This document shows positions 49,142 to 57,237 of a stretch of DNA of 64,000 bases, in pieces. Position numbers and translations under genes: made by a program. The stretch's first letter is position 1; each line of letters opens with the position of its first letter. The DNA comes from Candidatus Hydrothermarchaeum profundi (GTDB lineage Archaea > Hydrothermarchaeota > Hydrothermarchaeia > Hydrothermarchaeales > Hydrothermarchaeaceae). Under the pieces are notes generated by a model. The model had not been told where the DNA came from, did not search any database, and saw only the letters and a program-made list of their open reading frames with translations. Where the stretch lies: the NCBI GenBank assembly GCA_002011125.2, contig MTMF02000009.1:1832989-1896988 (forward strand), given 5' to 3'.

Positions 49142-49722
49142 TTTTTCATATTATATCCGATGAGCAGAGTACCGTCCTTGCTTTTCTCGCAACCCAGTAA
49201 ACGCTTCAAGTATTCATCAGAAGGTGTACAAGGGCTACCTGATACTATATCTTCAAGCTCTTCAAATTCCTGGAGCTCTGGAAAAGGAAGAGGCGGCATA
49301 AGAAAATAAGGCTTTCCTTTTGGAAGTTTATTCTTATACAGTACAAAGTCAGGACCCATAAAAATAACATCTTTCCTTTTTTTCATTTCTTCCAGCTTTT
49401 TGGATCCAACCCATTCTCCAAGAATCTCCCCATCTTCGTCAACCATTACCACCCACGGGCGGGAGGGTTCCCTAAATGTTTTATCAAATAATATCACCCA
49501 TGTCTCGTCCCTTGATAAAGCCTCGAAAGTACCCTCGTTTAAAAAGTCCATCATGCCTTGTACCGCCCCTCTCTCCTGTGCTTTCTTCTCAAGCCTCAAA
49601 ATCTCCTCTTTTTCATCCTGGGTAAGAAGTCTTACATCCAGTACTCCTTTAAGGTTCCTAAGCCTAAACATTATCCTTTCGTGGAGGTCTTTTGTTACTC
49701 CACTAGTACTAGGCCGTTCCAT
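49138..49722 (-). CDS. uncharacterised protein in the methylamine locus
   Basis: 194-aa ORF coupled to the DUF2284 gene; N.G..EAL.R, P..FPEL, SGSP motifs. Confidence 0.7.
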   Translation of the reverse strand: MERPSTSGVTKDLHERIMFRLRNLKGVLDVRLLTQDEKEEILRLEKKAQERGAVQGMMDFLNEGTFEALSRDETWVILFDKTFREPSRPWVVMVDEDGEILGEWVGSKKLEEMKKRKDVIFMGPDFVLYKNKLPKGKPYFLMPPLPFPELQEFEELEDIVSGSPCTPSDEYLKRLLGCEKSKDGTLLIGYNMKN

Positions 49723-50291
49723 CTTACATTCTCCTGCGAAGATAATCCTAATGGCATGCCTATGTTTTTACAGGTCCTATAAACATCTATCCCTACACCT
49801 TCTAACGAGGGTCTGGCCTTAAAAGGTTGATGACATAACTCCCCTTTTTTAGGGTCAGCGCACTCCTCGCAAAGCTTACAATTACCGCCAATCAGTCCCG
49901 TAGCAAGATAGTAGCCCAGCTTAAAAGCTTCTCTTTCGACTGCATTAACTATCTCATGCAACTTAAGCTCATACTTCTCATAAACCTCTTTCTCAAGTTT
50001 ATCCACAAGATTTTTAGAAATAGGCTCATTTGACTTATCTAAAGAATCAACGTTCTCCATCTCAAGCTGAATGAATATTGCCTTTTTATACTTTGATAAA
50101 ATCTTCCTAAATTCATCAAATGGTATGGAATTAGGAGGACAGAAATAATATCTATTATATCCATCGCATGGGGGTACCTGACACTTTAATAAAACCCGCC
50201 TATCCATTACTATCGATCCCACATCAATAATCTTCGCCCTAGTAGCCCCTTCCCTTAGACTAACCTCTACGAGCTTCTCAAGCTTATTCAT
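49695..50291 (-). CDS. DUF2284-like metal-binding protein
   Basis: D.RV.LKC..P.C..Y...CPP, EREAF..GYY.A, G.C.LC..C, RPS.E.VGIDV. Confidence 0.82.
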   Translation of the reverse strand: MNKLEKLVEVSLREGATRAKIIDVGSIVMDRRVLLKCQVPPCDGYNRYYFCPPNSIPFDEFRKILSKYKKAIFIQLEMENVDSLDKSNEPISKNLVDKLEKEVYEKYELKLHEIVNAVEREAFKLGYYLATGLIGGNCKLCEECADPKKGELCHQPFKARPSLEGVGIDVYRTCKNIGMPLGLSSQENVRWNGLVLVE

Positions 50292-50410
50292 TGAATCCCA
50301 CCTAAATATTATTTTCCGAGTCCTACTACTCAGATAAACATTAACAAGCCTAAAAAAATTTTCTAGAAACAATTTTATTTTTCGAAGGCAATATTCGATG
50401 CTGATAGTTT

Positions 50411-52042
50411 ATGAAGAGGTACGGGATTGCTTTGGATATGGGCACTAGCGGTTTCCGCGCCCAAGCGATAGATTTGGATGAGGGGGAAATAATCTCAACA
50501 TCAATTACTCTGCGACATCCTATACCCGGAGCTAACGTTATGGACCATGTGACTTTCGCAATAGACGTTGGAACTGATATAACCCACGACCTAATAGTAA
50601 TGACAGTAAACAAGCTAATAACAACCCTAAAAATTGACCCGACAAGAGTAGAAAGACTAGCGGTATGTGGTAATCCCTTTCAGCTTTCACTTTTCCAAAA
50701 ACTTGAGATACGAGACCTAGCATACGCGGGGGAATCTAAATTAAAGGCTTTAGGAGTAAAACCGCCTAAAAGAGATGCGACCATAATGGATGCCGAAACT
50801 ATTGGACTCAATATAAACCCTGAGGCAAATGTGCTTATACCCCCAGCGGTAAAACATGAAATAGGAGCAGATGCCTTAGCAATGATGCTAAAAACAGATT
50901 TCCTCGAAAATTCGCCAAGTATAGTCACAGACTACGGAACTAATGCAGAAATGGCGCTAAATGTAGATGGCCAGATATATTCAGGATCTGCTGCCGCAGG
51001 TCCTGCCCTAGAGGGACAACAAATTAAGGAGGGCATGCTAGCTGCTCCAGGTGCTATATCTGATGTAGATCCTGAAGACTCAAAATGGCGTTGCTCCGTT
51101 TTAAGTAAAGAGCTAATGGCTGAAGAGGGAGACCTAATAGATCCCCGCACTGGAGAAATATTTAAAAAAGGGGTCATGCACGGCAAAGTAAAAGGAATAA
51201 CCGGTACTGGCGTTATAGCTGCTATCGCTAGAGGACTACAAGAAGGGTTGGTTGTACCACCAAAGATTAAGACTCCAGACAATAAGGTCCACCTTCAAGA
51301 TGGTATTACGATAACTGAGGATGACATAGTCGAGGCTGGAAAAGCTATAGGAGCTATTAGAGCAGGCCATATGACGTTGATAAATGAAGCTGGAATAAGT
51401 ATGGAGGAAGTTGAAACAGCCTATATGGCTGGCGCCTTAGGAACGTATGTAGATGCAATTAAAGCTCAGAAAGTAGGCCTAGTGCCATCTACGTGCAAAA
51501 ACCTAGTGCAAGTCGGAAACACCTCTCTTTCACTAGCGAGGGATCTGATTTTTGAACCTGAAAAGCTTGAAGAACTCCAAGATTACGCAAACAAGTTAAG
51601 GGCAAAACATGTTATGTTCGCGATATCAAATACCTTCAGAAACATCTTCGTTATAGAGCTTTCTCTTTGGACTGAAGGAATGCCCTTCAGCATGTATAAT
51701 GACATGTTAAAGATGTATAAATTACCGCCAATACCTATGAAGAATGTCAATGCAAAAGTGAATAAAATTGTTCAGAGAGATATTCCAATACTGGGTAAAT
51801 ATGGAATCACCGTTGTTGAAGATGTAGGTATAATTCTTTCAACTAGAGTATCAGAGTGCATTTACTGTAAAAAATGTATTAGAGAATGTCCTGAGGAGGC
51901 AATAGAGATAATAGAAAAAGATGGTAAGCGAATAGCATTAATAAGATCTGATAAGTGCAATGGAACAGCGTGTCGAAGGTGCGAGATAATTTGTCCTAAA
52001 AATACCCTTAAGCTAAGAGAACTAAAGATAAATACAACCTAA
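50411..52042 (+). CDS. ramA: methylamine methyltransferase corrinoid reductive activase
   Basis: DMGTSG.R, RHP.PGANVMDH, HEIGADALA, DYGTNAEM, GSAAAGPA.EGQ, C-terminal 2x[4Fe-4S]. Confidence 0.94.
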   Translation: MKRYGIALDMGTSGFRAQAIDLDEGEIISTSITLRHPIPGANVMDHVTFAIDVGTDITHDLIVMTVNKLITTLKIDPTRVERLAVCGNPFQLSLFQKLEIRDLAYAGESKLKALGVKPPKRDATIMDAETIGLNINPEANVLIPPAVKHEIGADALAMMLKTDFLENSPSIVTDYGTNAEMALNVDGQIYSGSAAAGPALEGQQIKEGMLAAPGAISDVDPEDSKWRCSVLSKELMAEEGDLIDPRTGEIFKKGVMHGKVKGITGTGVIAAIARGLQEGLVVPPKIKTPDNKVHLQDGITITEDDIVEAGKAIGAIRAGHMTLINEAGISMEEVETAYMAGALGTYVDAIKAQKVGLVPSTCKNLVQVGNTSLSLARDLIFEPEKLEELQDYANKLRAKHVMFAISNTFRNIFVIELSLWTEGMPFSMYNDMLKMYKLPPIPMKNVNAKVNKIVQRDIPILGKYGITVVEDVGIILSTRVSECIYCKKCIRECPEEAIEIIEKDGKRIALIRSDKCNGTACRRCEIICPKNTLKLRELKINTT

Positions 52043-52109
52043 ACACTTCTTCAAAGAAAAAATAAAAAATAAGGGGAGAAATCCTCCCCAAAGAGTATAT
52101 TCTTTACCT

Positions 52110-53489
52110 CTACTTGATGTCAACGCCGAGTTCCCGTAGAGTGTTCACGGCCTTATCATACACCTGCAGGTGCTCCTCAGTAGGAACAACCTTAACCACG
52201 TCATAACACTCCTGGAACCTCTTACCCTTAGGCGCCGTCTTATAGTCACTCTCGTACTTCTTAATCAAATTATCCAAGATCACGTTAACCTCACTGATAT
52301 CCATGCCAGCCACAGCAATAGCCGCCTCACCCATAATCCGGGCCTCCATACCAGTCGTATAATCCAACGCAACGCCCTTAGCACTAGCACTACCACTAAC
52401 AAGCTCACGGCCACTAGCAGTGTCAGTAATAGCCTGAGCAGCCGTCTCCAACAAACACATCTCAGTACACGGACCCGCCAACGGATAATACTGGTTCGAA
52501 GTCAACAAATGAGTATTCTCATCAATAGCCCTAGCCGTATGCCCAGCCACCTGCAGGGTCTCACGCGCAGTAGTGATACCCCACCTGATATGGATAGGCC
52601 CATCCAAGTGATAACTCCCATTCAACAAGGTGAAGCTCGTCAAATGAGTAGCCACGTTACAGATCGAGGTCTCCTCGACCCCGCCAGCATAGCCACCAAA
52701 GATAGGCATCTGCTCCACCATAATAATATCACCATTCTGAACCCAACCAGCAATCATATGCAGGCCACCATTATCAATCTTAAGCTCATTCAACTGACTG
52801 ATCTCATGGCTATCACAAGGCCTCAAGCCACCCAGGAGATCCCCGGCAAGACGCCCCGCACTCGTCAAGGGCGTCTCTGGGCCCTAAACCGCCATATAGG
52901 GTCTCCCAGCCTTACGACAAGCCTCACGGATATAATACAACTCAAACAGAGTAGCCTTAATCTCCCAAGGACTACCGCTAGTAGCCTCATTACCCTCAAT
53001 AGTAGCCAACACACCATTCACAATAGTATCCACCGTAGGCTCCTGAGCATAACTCTGAAACATCGGGATAAAAATATCCTCACTAACAGGAGCACCCGTA
53101 GGACCGCCCTGAATAACAGGCTTAAAACCAGGATTACCACGACGCTGCGCCATATCCACTGCGTCCTGATACTCGCCCAACACGAGCTTCCTAGGCGCCT
53201 TCTTAATAGACTCAAGAACCTCGTCCTCAGAGACCCTGATAACCCTTCCGGTGTCAATATTATAGATCCCAGTCTCCACCAACATCTCCAAGCCGGCCTG
53301 GAACAAGTTATCAATCAGCTCACTGTCCGTAGGAATAATCTCACCCGAAAACTTGATGTTATACTTCTCCTTCATCTTAGCAGCATTCTGCGGGATAATC
53401 TTATAATCCCAGTCACGCTCACTAACCTTCTCCCCACTAATCGACCTATTATAGGTCTCATACACATCTAAAGGCCTACCAACCGCCAA
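52110..53489 (-). CDS. mtmB: monomethylamine:corrinoid methyltransferase, pyrrolysine at in-frame TAG 52884..52886 (codon 202; 459 aa)
   Basis: QGGPTG, AGRP.M.V-O-GPET, DSHE.SQL.ELK, HLDGP.HIRWG, GK.FQECYD. Confidence 0.95.
52849..52876 (-). promoter_or_regulatory. PYLIS-like hairpin 7 nt downstream of the mtmB amber codon
   Basis: AGACGCCC-12 nt-GGGCGTCT perfect 8-bp stem, extendable by G-U pairs. Confidence 0.55.
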
Positions 53490-53524
53490 AACAACTCACC
53501 TCCAACAATAAACAATTATTATCC

Positions 53525-54169
53525 TTAGTCGCCAACAAGCTCCTTCGCAATCCTCACAGCCTCAGCACCATTCGGACAATAAGCGTCACCGCCAATCTCA
53601 TCCACCCACTCCTGGTTAACAGGCGCACCGCCAAACAACGTCTTCACCTTATCCCGGATCCCAGCCTCCTTCAAAGCCTTAACAATCTCCCTCTGACCAG
53701 GACGCGTAGTAGTCATAAGAGCACTAGCACCAACGATATCAGCATTAACCTCCTTAGCGGTCTCAACGAACTTATCGATAGGAGCATCCCGGCCAATATC
53801 AATCACATCAAAGCCAGCGCCCTGAAGCATAGCAGCAACAACGTTCTTACCGATCTCATGGATATCCCCCTCAACAGTACCGATAACCACTACCTTACCC
53901 ATCTTCTCCCCAGACTCCATGATCTTAGGCTTCAAGACCTCAAGACCCGCCTGCATAGCCTCCGCAGCCATCAAGATCTGAGGCAAAAAGATCTTGGCCT
54001 CATCAAAAAGGTCGCTGATAGTCATCATACCCCTACCCAAGCCGTCATTAATAGCCTCAAAAGGCTCAATGCCCGCCTCCAACGCCTCCTTAGCCGCAGA
54101 GCTAGCCAAGTCAGCATCATAGGTCTCCACGGCTTTCTTCAACTTATCAAGAATCTCCTGCTTAAACAA
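53525..54169 (-). CDS. mtmC: monomethylamine corrinoid protein
   Basis: GTVEGDIHEIGK, SALMTTT, FGGAPV; directly before mtmB. Confidence 0.9.
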   Translation of the reverse strand: MFKQEILDKLKKAVETYDADLASSAAKEALEAGIEPFEAINDGLGRGMMTISDLFDEAKIFLPQILMAAEAMQAGLEVLKPKIMESGEKMGKVVVIGTVEGDIHEIGKNVVAAMLQGAGFDVIDIGRDAPIDKFVETAKEVNADIVGASALMTTTRPGQREIVKALKEAGIRDKVKTLFGGAPVNQEWVDEIGGDAYCPNGAEAVRIAKELVGD

Positions 54170-54275
54170 GCCAAATCACCCCCGAATCCAAAAAACCTTT
54201 TTCTTAATTTATTATATGTTCTTATGGTTTAAATGTTACGGTTCCAAAAAAATAAAAAAAAGGAAGAAAGGGAAA

Positions 54276-54542
54276 TCACTCGGATTTCTCGGTTGCTTTT
54301 TTGAGTTCTTCTATGAAGCCCTCATAACCAGGCAACGTCCCTTCTTCCAGCCATTTATCCACAGCTTCTTCGTATTCCTGGTTTTCCATTTTAATCTGCC
54401 AGTAGTGCCACCAGATCCAGAGTAGTGTTGAGATTGCTACGAAGAGTTTTGTCAAACCCCACAGAGGCGATACAACCTCCATGTTCTCTGCACCAGTCCA
54501 GTCTGTTACTCCTGTTGCAATTAACAGCATTATGCTTACCAT
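54276..54542 (-). CDS. small membrane protein coupled to the Amt-like gene
   Basis: one clear TM (LFVAISTLLWIWWHYW), acidic C-tail, GAGGTGA RBS. Confidence 0.7.
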   Translation of the reverse strand: MVSIMLLIATGVTDWTGAENMEVVSPLWGLTKLFVAISTLLWIWWHYWQIKMENQEYEEAVDKWLEEGTLPGYEGFIEELKKATEKSE

Positions 54543-56140
54543 CTCAACTCACCTCGTTCCTCAAACTCTTTTTGTAGCCTTATAGCATCCTTTATTAAGT
54601 CCTCTGGACTCGGCACTCCGAGGTAATCTTTTCTACCAGTGTCTTTACTGTACGCATTGATATTCAATAGTAGGTTTCTCCCAGGCTTAGAACCCTGCTT
54701 AGCTTTTAATAGGATTCTATGAGCCTCGATTCCCTGGACCTTATCGATCTCCGAGAAGTCCTCTGGCCTGTATGGTGGGAAATACGGGTACATTTCACCG
54801 ACTGCTGGAGAAGCTATATCAAGTCCTGCAAGCTCTACTAGCGGTGGAACTCTGAGTAATCCTAGCTTCTTGAATATCCAGCTAGCACCAAAGCCGAAGA
54901 GGAATGCCCAACCTGCTTCCCAAACTGCAAGCATGAAATTACCCCAAGGCGTGGTTACCCCTTGTAGTTCGTCGAAACCAAGAGGACCTCCTCCGGCAGG
55001 ATATCCCCAAAGCAATATGCCTGCATATATAAGTCCTAGTACTCCCGAATAGCCGTGGACAGCACACGCTCCTACTGCGTCGTCGATCTTGAATCTCTTT
55101 TCTACCCAGTAGTGTAGCTTATATATTATTGGAATGGTTATGAACCCTAGGAGAAACGCTTGCATCGGGTGATAAAGATCGTTTCCTGCCGAGGCTGCGA
55201 TGACTCCAGCAAGCCCTCCTGAAAAAATCCAGAAGGGATTCCCTTTGCTCGCGAAGAATCCTCCCATGAAACCTCCGGTTAGAGACAATAAGAAGTTGGT
55301 CCCAATAGCAGAATTACTTGTTGGATTACCATATATGTTAACCGTTCCCCAATAGGACATCTCCATTGTCGGATCCCATGCTAGGGCTGTCGGTATGTTG
55401 CAAGCAAAATAGAATCCCCAGAACCCTGTATATATAAGGAACAATCCTATACATGTCAACCACTGGTTGTGGAGAGGGACATCCCTTGGATTTCCCTTTT
55501 CATCGAATCTTCCAATTCTAGGTCCCAAGTTTATTAGAACTCCAAGAGTATACCATCCCGCAATAGTGTGGATAATGCCACTAGCGTATGCATCGTGAGA
55601 GCCAAAGTATTTTACAGTCCATCCCCAGGGAGACCACGCCTGAGATGCTAGCCAGATCCATACAAAGGACCCTAGGAATACTGACATTAACAAAAATGCT
55701 CCTACTCTGCACCTTTCAATAACCGCACCAGAAAGGATTGAGCCCTCTGTCAGAGAAAAGAGCAGGAACGCTGCCCAGAATGCTAACATAAAGTGGTCCT
55801 GCATATGCGTTGTCATCAATGGACTCCACGGAGCATAATCGGCTGGATCAACTATCTCTGGATATTGCCCTGGTATCAGGAAAGTGGACCAATGAGGACC
55901 TGAGAATGCTGCATACACCCACCATCCGAAGATATAGAACGTGAAGATGATGAGTGGGAACAGCATTGCATTTTTCATCAGCGTATGACCAACGTTCTTC
56001 CTTCTAGACACCCCGACTTCGTATGTACAGAATCCTACGTGTATCAGGAACATGACTATCACTGTCACCCAGTAATACCACTCCTGATACAGATACGCTA
56101 ACTGCCATATTCTTTCAGCTAGCGGATACGGTTCTACCAT
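54536..56140 (-). CDS. divergent Amt-family permease, candidate methylamine transporter
   Basis: GF..YE.G..R.KN, SILSGA..ER, H...G, LGPRIGRF, G.LAG, IDDAVGA..VHG; start ATG 56140 after AGGAGGTG. Confidence 0.88.
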   Translation of the reverse strand: MVEPYPLAERIWQLAYLYQEWYYWVTVIVMFLIHVGFCTYEVGVSRRKNVGHTLMKNAMLFPLIIFTFYIFGWWVYAAFSGPHWSTFLIPGQYPEIVDPADYAPWSPLMTTHMQDHFMLAFWAAFLLFSLTEGSILSGAVIERCRVGAFLLMSVFLGSFVWIWLASQAWSPWGWTVKYFGSHDAYASGIIHTIAGWYTLGVLINLGPRIGRFDEKGNPRDVPLHNQWLTCIGLFLIYTGFWGFYFACNIPTALAWDPTMEMSYWGTVNIYGNPTSNSAIGTNFLLSLTGGFMGGFFASKGNPFWIFSGGLAGVIAASAGNDLYHPMQAFLLGFITIPIIYKLHYWVEKRFKIDDAVGACAVHGYSGVLGLIYAGILLWGYPAGGGPLGFDELQGVTTPWGNFMLAVWEAGWAFLFGFGASWIFKKLGLLRVPPLVELAGLDIASPAVGEMYPYFPPYRPEDFSEIDKVQGIEAHRILLKAKQGSKPGRNLLLNINAYSKDTGRKDYLGVPSPEDLIKDAIRLQKEFEERGELRW

Positions 56141-56571
56141 AGAATACACCTCCTAATCGTTTCCTCCCCCCTTAGGTACTTCCCTTCTATCACTTAAGCA
56201 CCTCCTACTAACCTCTTTGGACTAGGCAAGTTGGGGTTTAGTGGGTTATGTTATTTAAAATTTTCTATTTTGAATTGTAGTGAATATGATTCTTTTTCTT
56301 AAGAAATGTATTAATTAATGCTATTATCAAGTTAAAATACTTTATAAAATCTGAAAATTAAAAATAAATAACAATATGATATTGTTAGCTAAAATAATTC
56401 TTATTTAATCTTTAAAATATTCCCTTAGAAGGTAATGTAACGAAAATTAAAATATCCCATAACATCACGCACCAGCTTCTTATTTTCAGCTTACTTTAGT
56501 AGTGTAAGCAAAAAGTTTTTATGATGACTCATAGAATCATGGGAAGTTAGAAAATAGAATACTGTGATATC

Positions 56572-57189
56572 ATGGAACTAAAAAATATCCTACTCGATTC
56601 TCTGAGGACCGCATTAGAACTCCCAAATAGTATCCTCAGGTATATCATACTAGTCATTCTAAGTTTAATTCCCTTAGTAAACCTTACAGTCCTCGGATAT
56701 GCATACCGCTATATTGAGGAGGAGGGATTTCCTGAGCTTAGGGGGTTTGGCAAGATGTTCATTAAGGGATTTAAAATTGCCATGGTACTAACAAGTTATT
56801 TGTTCTTGCCTATCTTCATACTTTTCGTTTTAATGATAAAAGCAGGCATATACGTGGAGTCGCACCTTGAACTAACACTTCTTACCTATAGCGTATCTTT
56901 TCTCCTAGCTATCCCAATGTTCATTGGGATTATTTTGATGATAGTGCATGATGATTACGTTAAAGCTTTCGACTTGATAAAAATCTTCAAGATTTTGAGA
57001 GGAGTATATATTGAGTACTTAATATGGCTTGCCATAACTTTCCTAGCTGGTCTATTGATTTTAACAATATATGGAGTAGAAAAAATAGGATGGATTTTTG
57101 GATCTGCTATTTTCCCCTTCTACGTCATCTTCGTTTTGAGGTCTTCCTACTTGATGTATCAATACGGCGAAAACGTATCCAAATCTTAA
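56572..57189 (+). CDS. DUF4013-like membrane protein
   Basis: IP.VN..VLGY, P.....MF..G.K, AFD; multiple TMs. Confidence 0.75.
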   Translation: MELKNILLDSLRTALELPNSILRYIILVILSLIPLVNLTVLGYAYRYIEEEGFPELRGFGKMFIKGFKIAMVLTSYLFLPIFILFVLMIKAGIYVESHLELTLLTYSVSFLLAIPMFIGIILMIVHDDYVKAFDLIKIFKILRGVYIEYLIWLAITFLAGLLILTIYGVEKIGWIFGSAIFPFYVIFVLRSSYLMYQYGENVSKS

Positions 57190-57237
57190 GATTTCTTGAG
57201 TCAACTTTTATTATATTCTCTTTCTCTATCATAGGAT

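Noticed and set aside
52170-53471. 433-aa antisense ORF opposite mtmB (also 8474..9037, 10113..10724, 53858..54232)
   Set aside because: By-product of missing third-position A on the coding strand, which removes antisense stop codons; low-complexity N/T/H/P/L composition.
44055-56200. Methylamine locus as a tRNA-integrated mobile island
   Set aside because: The tRNA 3' end points away from the locus, and I see no integrase or att duplication.
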